A stretch of DNA of 64,000 nucleotides from Felis catus (taxonomy: Eukaryota): contig NC_058368.1 of the NCBI RefSeq assembly GCF_018350175.1, positions 32,366,001-32,430,000 on the forward strand, written 5' to 3'. The translations under genes were made by a program, and so were the position numbers. Shown here piece after piece: positions 14,121 to 27,900 of the stretch (positions within the stretch are counted from its first letter, which is position 1; each line of letters starts with the position of its first letter). Under the pieces are notes generated by a model. The model saw nothing but the letters and a program-made list of their open reading frames with translations. It did no database searches and had not been told where the DNA came from.

Positions 14121-14822
14121 AAAAGCATAGAATATATTTATAGCTCCATTTCACAGATGAGGAAAATGACTGAGGCCAGAATAATGATCAACAGAGAATA
14201 GGTGATAGACTTACTCTTTAATTAGAATTTGTGGGCAGAACAGTGCGTTTTAGCCCCATTCTCAAGCCTGAATGCAGCAATGTAGATTCATATCCTTCTT
14301 ATTGGAACAATGGAGAGTTTTCACAGATACTAAGAAGTAAGTGTCAAGCAATCTTATCTATAAAGCATTTAAAATTAGATTTGAAAAAAGAATGTTTAGA
14401 GAAAGTATAATTTGAAGCTTTATCTTTCACATATGGCTTAAATTTATGTCTTAGTCATTATAACAATTCAAGGAAAATGACTTCAAGTAATTTTAACTAG
14501 GTCAATCTCTTTTACACTTAATTTTTATTTTACTTTATTTATTCTATATTTTCAGTTTTTTAATATATTTGAATTTCAGAGTTTTAGAGAGCACTGAATA
14601 AGCAGGATTAGAATGCCCAAGATCAAGAGTATTGAAATGACCAAAAATATTTATCAAATGTTATTCATATTGATAAAATTGTTGTTCCTTATGTAATAAT
14701 ATATACAGTGTTTATGAAGATTTATATACTTTCTTGGAACACTGTCTTGTTTATAATTTATCTCATTCTTCCTGGTTTCAAACATCTATGTCCTTTTAAA
14801 CCAGTTCTGTTATATCCGTTCG

Positions 14823-14836
14823 TTTTCTTTCTTTTC

Positions 14837-14879
<43 letters not shown>

Positions 14880-14906
14880 CTTTCTCTTTTCCTCTCTCTT
14901 TCTTTC
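14823..14906. repeat. (TTTC)n microsatellite
   Basis: Tandem TTTC units. Confidence 0.95.
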
Positions 14907-14994
14907 ATTTTTATACTTTCTTTTTAAACCATGAAGAATGGAGGTAATACTATAAATTTTCAGCGACTGAACAAAGGTATGTCAAGTCAAAATG

Positions 14995-15170
14995 AAATAA
15001 TAATAATAATGTCATATTAGCATCATGTTTTATGTATGTCAATCACTATTCCAAATATGTTTACGTAAATTTATTTAATCCTGACATCCACACCATGAAA
15101 TAGGTTTTATTATTGGTTTTGTAACGCGTAGAAACCACAGTGAAAGAGAACGCTGGGATTCAAACCCACA
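14995..15170 (-). mobile_element. MIR relic
   Basis: 'atttaatcct...ccatgaaataggtttt...gctgggattcaaaccca' matches the MIR core in reverse. Confidence 0.55.
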
Positions 15171-17605
15171 TGCTTTGTTCCTGAATTGTGTACCCCTAAT
15201 CACTATAATATACTCTCAAATGAAGAAATTTTTCAATAACAGAAGAATAGCTCATATTTCATTGAAAAAAATTGTAGCATATATTTTATATAATGAATAT
15301 GCTTTTAAATATGGCTGTCCTTTAATTACCTTCTTAAAAATGAAAACAGTGCAATCTTAAACATTTAACATACAAAATAATAATTAAAAAGCCTTTTCTT
15401 GGTAGCATTTTTGTTACTATTGCTTCTTGTTTGCTTGGAATTAGGTAGGGGGACAAGTTTGAATTACAAAAGAAAGCAAGTACCACTGTCCTTTGTCCTT
15501 ACATGCCTAAAAAAATCATATATAATAAATGTGGTAGGTTATAGAAATTATTGAAAAATGCATAGCTGATAAATATGAACATACCTAAGTACCAATTTAG
15601 CAACTGTGAAGTCAATTAATAAAATAGAAATAATTTTCACTTGTGCTATATTTTTTGAGGCTAAAGTTGTAAATATAATGTAACTGTTGTGCTAATAATT
15701 ATAAATAAGGACAAAAACAATAAATACATGGAGTAGCTTACACTAACCAAATAAGAAATTATAACAAATAACTTCATGTCAAGGCTCCAGTGCTGTAATG
15801 ATTTTAAATTAGAACACAACATTTCTAAGATAGGTTGCTCATTTAACATTTTTAGAATCTGTCAATAAGATCACTTTCTGTATGAAACAGCCTATTTATT
15901 TTGATTAGGACGAAAATCCCCCAATGAAACACTGAAACAGAGGCCAACAATAACACTTGACTAACCAAATGCCCAGCAAGCTATTGCATATCCTTGAGGA
16001 TTCAAATGGGAAAACAAACAAACACCTGAAAATGTCAATGCCACTTGCAGATTCCATATGGACCCTTTAAAAATAACTGTCCTACAAAAATTGGGAAGCT
16101 TTAGATATAATCAACTGACTAGAGACTCTGTAGTTTTTTGTATTGTATTTGCATGATAGAGATTGCAAGTGTTCTATTCCCATCATGAAATAAACTTTGT
16201 AAGTGAATCCTTTTGTGTTGCTCAAATATCTGATGAGGTTTGAAGGAAATATGTTTTGTTGCTTGCCATTAGAGAGAAAATAGATACTCAAAAATGTTTT
16301 GCTCTAAAAATCTTTCATAGGATTTACACATAGTCAATTTAAGGCAAGAGCCTTTAATATACTGACTATTTTCATTCCTCATATCCATATTGAATAAGTG
16401 GATATTGTGAAAATGGCTATCTAAACAAGAATATTTTCCAAATAAACTTGGATTTTCAGAAAAGGATTTTGGACACTATAATTTAAATAAACAGTTGAAT
16501 TCAACAGAAAAATGTTGAGAAATGGATGTCAGATTTGCTACAGAATGAAGTAATCATAAACCCTGTGGTGAATACACCCAAGTATTTAAGCAAAAATAAA
16601 CACATCATTAAAAAAATCTAGACTCCTAAGCAAATCTCATTATTTTTATTAAAAAGGAAAGCATGGGAGGAAAAATCATAAAAAGTCATGTCTCTCTGTT
16701 GCCACCAGTATCACGGTCCTGAAATGTAAGAGGAGTCTCATTTTGCAGATATTATAAACAGAAAGAAAACTTACTGCTGTTAGGGACTATATCTTTAGAA
16801 ATTATGTGCTAACTTGATTTCAGAAATAGACCCTATTTTGATCTCCTTGTAGCATGTTAATGCAAAAGCATTGGCTGTTTCCCAGCAAGCCATAGGGCTT
16901 CCTTTTCCTTAATCAGCTCTTATTGTGTCTTTTGAGTATTTATCTCCATACACCGATTTTGAGAAAGACGTGTTTAGGATTAAAAAAAAAATAGGGAATC
17001 ACTAACTCCAGGCCTTCTTTAATTGTAAACACAAAGAAAAAGGAAGGAGTCTGGATATGGTTAAAACTGTATTTTCTTTTTATTTTCTATATACTAGATG
17101 TACTGCATATAATCTGCACTAAATACTTCCCAATATTTCTAAAATCCTGCTCTCTGGGGACCCTGAACACATGTAATGAAGATGAAAATGAGTTGAGATT
17201 TCTTGAGGCTTTTGTCTGAGTATCTGCAATTATGATAAGATGACTATCCTGTTGGGGAGTGAGAATAACAATGCAACCTCAGGAAGTCATCATACTTTTC
17301 TCATTATTTAAGTTGAGAAAAATGAAGGCCCATAATAACATCTGAATAAATATTTTACTTTATCTGAGACTTAGAAAGATTCATAGATAAGAGTTAAGAT
17401 TTATCTCTTGTCATAGTTTTTGATATAAAAACATTATATTATTACATTAATTTCTTTTAACAAATCTTTGAGCAGATGCCTTATTTCTTCATTTGAAAGG
17501 TGAGTGAATTTATTACTGAGAGATTAAAAAATGTCTTACAGTCAGTCAGATAGCCTTTAAAATGGGGCATTGGATTCAAACCTAGGCTAAGTGCTAGATG
17601 GATAG

Positions 17606-18114
17606 TATCAAAGAAAAATTGCACTGAACCAGTTCAACAGACAAGGAAGATTTTACTCAGCACTCTTACTTATACTAGGGGAGAAAGATTGAACTCAACT
17701 TCTGTGAAACAAAAGACAGGACAGTTTTTAAGTGTTGAAGTGAGCTGGTGGAAATATACTGGAAGATGTTAGTGGGGAGGTTGGTCAATATGATTAAGCC
17801 ATCTGTATTTATTAATTGTCATTAATTTAAGTTGGGTTCCTATCTTGCCACAGATATGGAACAGTGGCATTATTTTTATTGATGATTACATTTAAAGGCA
17901 CAGCTTCCAGGTCCTGAAGAAAGATTTTCCTTGGTTGTAAAATTGACAAGAGAGTGGGGAAAGATTTACATCTCAAAGGGGCAAAAAAGAATTTACAATT
18001 GCAAATTTTGTAAAATGAATGCTGTAAGAAAAAAAAAAGATCAGAGGACTATAGTCACGAAGCAAACTCTAAAATTTAGTTAAGCTGAAGGGAATATTAT
18101 AACCATCTTGGTCA
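17606..18114 (-). mobile_element. ERV1 solo LTR (MER67-like)
   Basis: The minus strand begins TGACCAAGA...ttcccttcagcttaactaaa and contains 'ttgcaattgtaaattctttttt.gcccctttgagatgtaaatc'; about 510 bp; candidate 4-bp TSD atag/gtag. Confidence 0.7.
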
Positions 18115-19199
18115 GTAGCTAAATGGATAGGTAAATAAATGGACAGATGGGTGGGTGGGTGGATGAATAAATTGATGGATAGTGAATAGATAATCAGTCT
18201 ATCAAATTCTTAAGCAAACATGACTTAAAAAAAAGGGCTTTAGACACAATATATTTATTCTTGCTTATAGACATCTCTTAGCAAAAACATGTATATCATT
18301 GTGTACTTTGCTGGAAGGTCATATTTATATCCCAGGAATTTATTTCCTTTCTTATACAACTAAATGAAAAAGATAACCTGATTATATCAGGGGATCTCCT
18401 ACCCCATTTAGAGAATTTTTCCCAGTATTTTCAGTGATGTATCACCACCATAACATGATGCTGGAAATTTTCAATTTATTGTAAACTTTTGATAGTATCT
18501 TTAATCCTTCATTTATTTTTCATTAGCGTATTCATATTTATATATTTAACAAATAGATGTTAAGTGGCTACTTTATGGCTTACAATGTTCTATGCTGGGG
18601 CAATTCAGAGATTAAAACTAAACAAATAATGATTTTGGGGAATGGGAACTATGAAGAAAAATTAAGACACGGTAAGACTATGAGAACGTAGGGAATGAAA
18701 GTATATTTCTTTTTCTTTTTTTTATTATTTTGTATCATTTATTTTATTTTGGAAGTAGAGAAGACAGCCATCTCTGAAAAACTCAGAGTCTCAAGCAGAG
18801 GAAGCAAATAGTACAGTTGCCTTAGGCATGGCTGAAGAGCCAGTGGAAAAGTGTGTCTTAATCAGAATGGGAAAGTCATGGATAACTTAAGAAGAAATGA
18901 AGGCCCAGACAATGAAAAATTTATAGACCATGTTATATGTAGTGTGCAGATTATCCTAAATTTGAAAGCATGTCTTTGGAAGTTTTGAGTACGGACATGT
19001 ATCAGGTTAATAGGTTCCTTTACAGCAAATCTGTGATTTTATTCTCTGGCAACCTTTGAAAATTTTCAGATATACTTAGCTATGTCTTATAAATAGAGGC
19101 TCTACTATAATCCTTGAAGTTCATTTTGACCACAAGGCTGTATTTCTGCTTGCTTATAAAAGTTGTTCTCAACAGTAGTCTCCTGAAGAATCACCATAT

Positions 19200-19560
19200 T
19201 CCACCTCTGTCTAGATGTAGAAAGTTAGAAAGAGTATCTCTCCCATCTAAAAAGAAAAATTCAGGAGAAAACTAAAAAAATCATAACTTTTCTTGAACCC
19301 ATCAGTGGGAGATCTTAGGGCAACCAAATAGCTTGTATTCCTAGAAAGGAAAGATCAACCATCTCTTTGAGATGTTGTATGTGGACTATTTCGCCTGTGG
19401 CAAAGAAAGGAGAGACTACCACACAAGTGTGTAAGAAGTCTGCTAAAATTTAACAAATGCTAACAGGCATGTATGAGCATAAAGCCATTAGAAATCTCAA
19501 GTCAAAGGGACTTTACAAGCATTAGACTCTTTTCAACTGATTTCCATTGGTTTCTCATGG
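19200..19560 (+). mobile_element. Ancient L1 5' end fragment
   Basis: 'ccacctctg...gatgtagaaag...aacttttcttgaacccatcag' resembles recalled L1M 5' termini. Confidence 0.4.
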
Positions 19561-20164
19561 GAAAAAAAAGATCTATATTTATAGGCAAATTCTACTTTTT
19601 AAGTTTTCTGCATAAACATATAAAATTAGAGGACAATATGTAATAAATTATTACCTTTCATCATTAAATATAAGAACAAGACAGAGATCCATGTATGTAT
19701 TAAAATGTACTTTGCAAATGTCCCTTCACATTCTTACTAAAATAAATAATATGAGTAGCACTCATTTATTTTTTTGCTTTTCATTACAATCTGGCTTTAT
19801 ACTAAATAAATTATATGGGATATACCCAGGTCAGCCTGCATACATTTTGCATAATTATAAGTGGAAAAAGGTCTGACATCAACATTTGATATTTTGATTG
19901 CCGGTTTTAAGCAATATGACTACCCATAAATTGAGCTGTTCTGATATCCCAAATAAGACCAATTTATTAACCTACATAGGAACTAAAATATTATCATGGG
20001 GGAGAAAAAAGGAATGGGTATCAAAGTATAAAATGAAATATTTTTTTCAGATATACAGGATCTTAAAATTAACAGGTTAGTTATATGAACTTGTACTTTT
20101 TCTTCTTATTTATCACTTTTTAGTATCACATTAACCATGTTGAGTTTCTGTGGTTATGGGATAA

Positions 20165-21665
20165 GAACAGACCTATAGTTCAGTATAATAGAATTGAGAC
20201 AGCAAGTATATACGTAACATTTATACCAGCTGACTTTTGACAAGGGTTCTAAGACAACTACATGGAGAAAGAATAGTTTTTCCAATGAACAGTGATGAGA
20301 CAGCAGGATATCTAGTTTTAATAGAATGAGATTGAACACCTCCTTAAACCACACACAAAAATTAACACGAAGTTAATCATTACCCCAAATATTAGAATTA
20401 AAACCATAAAACTCTGTTCTTTTCTTTTTAAAAAAATCTTATTTATGTTTGAGAGAGAAAGAGAGAATTCGAGCAAGGGAGGAACAAAGAGAGAGAGACA
20501 CAGAGTCCAAAGCAGTCTCCAGGCTCTGAGCCACCCAGGTGTCCCCAAACCATAAAACTCTTAGAGGAAAACAGAGGAGTAAGTCTTGGCGACCTAGGGT
20601 TAGGCAATAGTTTCTTAAATATGACATCAAAAGCACAAGGAGCAAAATTTGAAACATAGATAAATTTTAATCGGATTTAAAAATATTTGTACTTTAATGA
20701 ACATCATCAAGAAAGCACGTAAAAAGAAAACCCATATATGATATGCTTATCATATATCTGATAACAGATTTGTATAAAAAATACATAGAGAATTCATACA
20801 GGTCAAAAATGAAAATCTAAATAATCCTATCAAAATTAGCAAAGAATTGGAATAAATAAGCATTTCTCCCAAGAATGTATACATGTAGCCATTAAGCACA
20901 TTAAAAAATGCTTAACATCCTTAGTCATTACAGAAATGAAAATCAAAACCCCAAGGAGATAACACTTTGTACCCACTGGATGGCTATAATAAAAAATACA
21001 ATGATAGTGTTGGTGATGTGGAGAAATTAGAACTCTTATACGTTGCTGGGAGAAATGTAAAATGGCACAGCTACGTTGGCAAAACAGTATGGCAGTTCAT
21101 CAAATTATTAGACATAGAGTTACTATATGACCCAATGATTTAATTTCTAGTTGTCTGTGAAGACAAATGAAAACACATTTTTGCACAAAATTTATACATA
21201 ATTTTCCTTTGCAGTTCAGAGAAGCCAAAAAGTGGGAACAATTTAAATGCCCATCAGCTGATGAATGTATTCAACTGTACATCCATTCAATGGAATATTG
21301 CTTGACAATAATAACTGAATGAAATTCTAATACAACATGAATGAATCTTAAAAACATTATGCTAAGTGAAAAAAAGCCAGTCACAAAAGACTACATATTG
21401 TATTATATTTATAGAAAATGTCCAGTATAAGAGAATATATGGAGACCCAAATAGATTAGAGGTTGCTAGATGCTGTAGGGGAAGGGGCATGATGAATGCG
21501 AGTGCAGAGGAGTTTCTTCTAGGGGCGTTCAAAATATTCTGAAGTTGGATAGTGGTGATGTCTGTACAACTCTGTTAATATCCTAAAAGACACATAATTG
21601 CATACTTTAAAAATGGAGATTGCTATGGTATATAAACTCTGTATCTATAAAGCTGTTGTTAAAAA
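20165..21665 (+). mobile_element. Old L1 3' end (L1MB-like)
   Basis: ORF2 C-terminal remnants ('acttttgacaagggt', 'aaaactcttagaggaaaac') and a 3' UTR with 'atgctaagtgaaaaaaagccagtcacaaaagac...ggatagtggtgatg...aaagctgtt'. Confidence 0.85.
20416..20546 (-). mobile_element. Internally deleted Can-SINE
   Basis: Head and tail are present but the middle is missing; perfect 15-bp TSD aaaccataaaactct at 20401-20415 and 20547-20561. Confidence 0.92.
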
Positions 21666-21799
21666 TATTAATAATTAATTACACAACCTCAAGCTTGTGG
21701 CTAGAAATCTTTTACTAGACAGAAGAAAGAGAGCTGGCCTGGGGTTGAGAAACACTTCCACAGCAGCTGTACAGAGTTGCTACATCTCTGAGTGAAGCA

Positions 21800-22012
21800 G
21801 GGTAGCAGTTGGTAAAGAGCACCTACACTGCTGTCAAACAGCTCTGGTTAAAATCCCAACCCTGCTATTTATTAGGATCATAAAAGTGATCAAGTGTCCC
21901 CACTCGTAAAACGGGGATATATTGGATTGTTGTGAATGTTAAATGAACTGGAACATGTAAAGTGCTTCAGCAATGGGTGGCGCACGATTAATGTTAGCCG
22001 TTATTATTATTT
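21800..22012 (+). mobile_element. MIR relic
   Basis: 'ggtaaagagc...ggttaaaatccca...gtaaaacggggata...ggattgttgtgaatgttaaatga...atgtaaagtgctt...aatgttagc.gttattatt'. Confidence 0.7.
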
Positions 22013-22039
22013 GAGCGGACAGGTTGTGGGTCAACAGAG

Positions 22040-24691
22040 TACCCACAGAAGTAAAGTGCCTTTTTAACATATCATACCAGGGGGCACATGATATAAATAT
22101 GACTTAAGTCAGTGATGTTAACTTTGATCACTTGGTTAAGATACCACTTGACAGGCTTCTCCACTCCACTGTTACTACATTTTCCCTTGTATACTCTCCT
22201 CTTTAGAAATGAGTCATTAAGTTCAGCTCTCCAAAAGGCTCTACCTTTTGGTAGAGGGGTGTATCTATATATATTATTTGAAATTCTCTATAGTAAAGAA
22301 TTGTCCTTATCCTCTATTTATTTAAATATTTAAACATAGATTTGTATCAGTATGGAATTGTGATGTGTGTTTTATAGTTTGTGTTTATAGGCAGGACGAT
22401 GCCTCCTCAATTTCTAGAACCGGGCATGTTACTACTTTACACGGCAAAAAAGATTGCAAATATGATTAAGGTTAAGGGCCTCGAGATGGAGGGATTATTC
22501 TGGATTACCTTGGTGAGTTTATTCTTCTCATGCAAGTCCTTAAAAGTACTTTTTCCTGTCTATAGTCAGAGGAAGATATATAAGCCTTAGGAAGAACAGT
22601 CAAAAGAATGCAACATTGCTGTCTTTGAAAATGGAGAGAAAGGGCCATGAGTCAAGGTTAGTGAAAATAGCCTTTAGAAGATGGAAAAGGCAAGGAAACA
22701 GATTCTTCTCTAGCGTCTCTAAAAAGAATACAACTCTCCCTACACCTCAGTTTCCAGCTACTGTATCCCTGTTGAACTTCGGATCTATGCAACTTGTAAG
22801 ATAATTTGTGATTTTAAGCCCCTAATTTTGTGTTATTACAGCAACAATGGAAAACTAATGGAATGTTATAATCCAATACAGATTTGTTTTGTTACACAAA
22901 TAAATGTATTTTATTGTACAAATTATCCGAGTTTTGGCATTGGGAACTTTTCCAGGTTGGTTCCCATATTCTCTTGACCTGCCATCTCTTTGCTTAGTGA
23001 GAAATTGCTTACTTCCTGGCACTACAAGATGTTCTAGGTTCATCTTGCATTTTCCTTGCACCAGTCCTTAATTCAGTCATTTTCCCAAGAACTTTGATTC
23101 TGCTTATTGTAGAATGGTATTTACAAATCAGGATCTGAGTGCTGGAAATTTTTAATGCTGCTAGTGTGTCTCTGCTTTTTGATCCTCTGAACAGAAGTAG
23201 GAAAGACATCTAAATATAAATACTCATATAAACACATAATTACTACCATATCTAAATATCTGTGTGCATGTTAAACAACACGGATATATAATGATATTTC
23301 AGACTTTGATACATTATGACGGAGTTTATTCTGGTTTTACTCTTGCTTATTTGCTTATTTCAGTGTTCTTTGTTTTTTGTTTTGTTTTGTTTTGTTTTTC
23401 TGACAGTGAAATCCTGGCTCTCGTTATCCTCCATTTATTTCCTTTTCATCACTAATATTCATATATAGTTCTTTCAGAATTGTTAAATTCTACTCATGTG
23501 AAATTAAAAAAAAAAAGACCAACTAGAGTACAGTTCTGTTTGCTTTTGGCCTTAGAATTTCCAGTAAAATCGACACTGTTCCCAAAGTTAAATAGTTCAG
23601 CTTTTCTCTCATGCTCTGTAGTGAGGTCAGGTCATAAATGTATGCGAGAGATTAATCTTTCACAGTATATATTGCACCATGTCATCTACCTTGCCCTGTG
23701 TGTGTGTATGTGTGTCTGTATGTGTGTTTAATTTTTATACTTTACATCTTTTGGGATAGAGAGTTGTGTTTTTGGAAATGCATCAAATTATGTATTTATT
23801 ATCCAAAAAATTCCCCTGCTCATAGACAACCAACTCTGCTCCCAATCGCTGGTAGCTTCTGATCTTTTTTCATCCCATTCTCTAGTGCTGCCTCTTCTAG
23901 AATAGCATGTAAATAAAAATATACAATATGTATATAGCCTTTCGTATCTGGTTTCTTTTCCTTAGAAAATCGTGCTTAAATTTATTTGTATGGTTCTGTG
24001 AATTAATAGCTCAGTCCTTGTATTTCTCTGAATAATACTCCATTGTAAAAATGTATTGTTTATTTGTATGTATGTTGAATAATATCTTGATTGCTCCCAG
24101 TTTATGATGGTAATCAATGAAGCTGCTATTTACAGTAATGTACAGAATTTTCTGTGAACATAATTTCCAACTCATCTCTGTTACATAAAAGTACAATTGC
24201 TGGGTCATCTAATGTCTATTGTTAACTTATAAGATACTGCCAAACTGCTAGAAAGAGGATGTACCATTTTGCATTCCCATAGCCATTAATGATAGTTCCT
24301 GTTGATCTGTATCTTCATTAGCATTTGTTAATGTCAGCATTTTGGATTCTAGTTAATTCAAATAGGTAAATAGTGGTGTCACACTGTGTTTTTAATTTGC
24401 ATTTAAATAATGATAAATGATGTTGAATGTCTTTTTACATACTTATTTTGACAACTATATATCTTCTTTGGTAATGAGTCTGTTCAAATAATTTGCCCAG
24501 ATTTGTTTGTTTTCTTATTAATTATTTTCAAGGAATATTTATATATTGTGGATGAGTTCTTTATCAGATATGCGATTCCAAATATTTTCTTGCAGTTTAT
24601 TCCTTGGCTTTACTTTCTTTTAATAATGTCTTCCACAAGGCAAAGGTGTGGTTTGAATTTTGCTAAAGTACAATTTTTTATAGATTTTCAT
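22040..24691 (-). mobile_element. Old L1 (L1MC/MD-like) 3' UTR and ORF2 3' end, interrupted by an MLT1D-like LTR and by the young L1
   Basis: Reverse L1 motifs 'ccattttgcattcccatagcc', 'ttttaatttgcattt...gatgttga' and 'tttatcagatatg'; continues after the young L1 at 30612. Confidence 0.75.
22382..22860 (+). mobile_element. MaLR solo LTR (MLT1D-like)
   Basis: 'gattaaggttaagggcctcgagatggagggattattctggatt', 'gaaaaggcaaggaaacagattct' and the end 'acagcaacaatggaaaactaat'. Confidence 0.8.
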
Positions 24692-24930
24692 AACATTCAA
24701 CTTTTTTTTTCAATATATGAAGTTTATTGTCAAATTAGTTTCCATACAACACCCAGTGCTCATCCCAAAAGGTGCCCTCCTCAATACCCATCACCCACCC
24801 TCCTCTCCCTCCCACCCCCCATCAACCCTCAGTTTGTTCTCAGTTTTTAACAGTCTCTTATGCTTTGGCTCTCTCCCTCTCTAACCTTTTTTTTTTCCTT
24901 CCCCTCCCCCATGGGTTCCTGTTAAGTTTC

Positions 24931-27900
24931 TCAGGGTCCACATAAGAGTGAAACCATATGGTATCTGTCTTTCTCTGTATGGCTCATTTCACTTAGCATC
25001 ACACTCTCCAGTTCCATCCACGTTGCTACAAAAGGCCATATTTCATTTTTTCTCATTGCCACGTAATATTCCATTGTGTATATAAACCACAATTTCTTTA
25101 TCCATTCATCAGTTGATGGACATTTAGGCTCTTTCCATAATTTGGCTATTGTTGAGAGTGCTGCTATAAACATTGGGGTACAGTTGCCCCTATGCATCAG
25201 TACTCCTGTATCCCTTGGGTAAATTCCTAGCAGTGCTATTGCTGGGTCATAGGGTAGGTCTATTTTTAATTTTTTGAGGAGCCTCCACACTGTTTTCCAG
25301 AGTGGCTGTACCAGTTTGCATTCCCACCAAGAGTGCAAGAGGGTTCCCGTTTCTCCACATCCTCTCCAGCATCTATAGTCTCCTGATTTGTTCATTTTGG
25401 CCACTCTGACTGGCATGAGGTGATATCTGAGTGTGGTTTTGATTTGTATTTCCCTGATAAGGAGCGACGTTGAGCATCTTTTCATGTGCCATCTAGATGT
25501 CTTCTTTAGAAAAGTGTCTATTCATGTTTTCTGCCCATTTCTTCACTGGGTTATTTGTTTTTCGGGTGTGGAGTTTGGTGGGCTCTTTATAGATTTTGGA
25601 TACTAGCCCTTTGTCCGATATGTCATTTGCAAACATCTTTTCCCATTCCGTTGGTTGCCTTTTAGTTTTGTTGGTTGTTTCCTTTGCTGTGCAGAAGCTT
25701 TTTATCTTCATAAGGTCCCAGTAGTTCATTTTTGCTTTTAATTCCCTTGCCTTTGGGGATGTGTCGAGTAAGAGATTGCTACGGCTGAGGTCAGAGAGGT
25801 CTTTTCCTGCTTTCTCCTCTAAGGTTTTGATGGTTACCTGTCTCACATTCAGGTCCTTTATCCATTTTGAGTTTATTTTTGTGAATGGTGTAAGAAAGTG
25901 GTCTCGTTTCATTCTTCTGCATGTTGCTAGCCAGTTCTCCCAGCACCATTTGTTAAAGAGGCTGTCTTTTTTCTATTGGATGTTCTTTCCTGCTTTGTCA
26001 AAGATGAGTTGGCCATACGTTTGTGGGTCTAGTTCTGGGGTTTCTATTCTATTCCATTGGTCTATGTGTCTGTTTTTGTGCCAATACCATGCTGTCTTGA
26101 TGGTTACAGCTTTGTAGTAGAGGCTAAAGTCTGGGATTGTGATGCCTCCTGCTTTGGTCTTTTTCTTCAAAATTCCTTTGGCTATTCGGGGCCTTTTGTG
26201 GTTCCATATGAATTTTAGGATTGCTTGTTCTAGTTTCGAGAAGAATGCTGGTGCAATTTTGATTGGGATTGCCCTGAATGTGTAGATAGCTTTGGGTAGT
26301 ATTGACATTTTGACAATATTTATTCTTCTAATCCATGAGCATGGAATGTTTTTCCATTTCTTTATATCTTCTTCAATTTCCTTCATAAGCTTTCTATAGT
26401 TTTCAGCATATAGATCTTTTACATCTTTGGTTAGGTTCATTCCTAGGTATTTTATGCTTCTTGGTGCAATTGTGAATGGGATCAGTTTCTTTATTTGTCT
26501 TTCTGTTGCTTCATTATTAGTGTATAAAAATGCAACTGATTTCTGTACATTGATTTTGTATCCTGCGACTTTGCTAAATTCATGTATCAGTTCTAGCAGA
26601 CTTCGGGTGGAATCTATCGGATTTTCCATGTATAATATCATGTCATCTGCAAAAAGTGAAAGCTTGACTTCATCTTTGCCAATTTTGATGCCTTTGATTT
26701 CCTTTTGTTGTCTGATTGCTGATGCTAGCACTTCCAACACTATGTTAAACAACAGTGGTGAGAGTGGACATCCCTGTCATGTTCCTGATCTCAGGGAAAA
26801 AGCTCTCAGTTTTTCCCCATTGAGGATGGTGTTAGCTGTGGGCTTTTCATAAATGGCTTTTATGATCTTTAAGTATGTTCCTTCTATCCCGTCTTTCTCA
26901 AGGGTTTTTATTAAGAAAGTTGCTGAATTTTGTCAAAGGCCTTTTCTGCATCGATTGACAGGATCATATGGTTCTTATCTTTTCTTTTATTAATGTCATG
27001 TATCACATTGATTGATTTGCGAATGTTGAACCAGCACTGCATCCCAGGAATGAATCCTACTTGATCATGGTGAATAATTCTTTTTATAGGCTGTTGAATT
27101 CGATTTGCTAGTATCTTATTGAGAATTTTTGCATCCATATTCATCAGAGATATTGGCCTGTAGTTCTCTTTTTTTACTGGGTCTCTGTCGTAATACTGGC
27201 TTCATAGAATGAGTCTGGATGTTTTCCTTCCCTTTCTATTTTTTGGAATAGCTTGAGAAGGATAGGTATTATCTCTGCTTTAAACGTCTGGTAGAACTCG
27301 CCTGGGAAGCCATCTGCTCCTGGACTCTTATTTGTTGGGAGATTTTTGATGACTGATTCAATTTCTTCGCTGGTTATGGGTCTGTTCAAGCTTTCTATTT
27401 CCTCCTGATTGAGTTTTGGAAGAGTGTGGGTGTTCAGGAATTTGTCCATTTCTTCCAGGTTGTCCAGTTTGTTGGCATATAATTTTTCATAGTATTCACT
27501 GATAATTGCTTGTATCTCTGAGGGATTGGTTGTAATAATCCCATTTTCATTCATGATTTTATCTATTTGGGTCATCTCCCCTTTCTTTTTGAGAAGCCTG
27601 GCTAGAGGTTTATCAATTTTGTTTATTTTTTCAAAAAACCAACTCTTGGTTTCGTTGATCTGCTCTACAGTTTTTTTAGATTTTATATTGTTTATTTCTG
27701 CTCTGATCTTTATTATTTCTCTTCTGCTGGGTTTAGGCTGTATTTGCTGTTCTGCTTCTATTTCCTTTAGGTGTGCTGTTAGATTTTGTATTTGGGATTT
27801 TTCTTGTTTCTTGAGATAGGCCTGGATTGCAATGTATTTTCCTCTCAGGACTGCCTTCGCTGCGTCCCAAAGCATTTGGATTGTTGTATTTTCATTTTTG

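Noticed and set aside
15850..17000. Repeat-free stretch that might hold exons or a conserved enhancer (similarly about 53600-55200)
   Set aside because: No recognisable coding frame or RNA gene; conservation cannot be judged without alignments.
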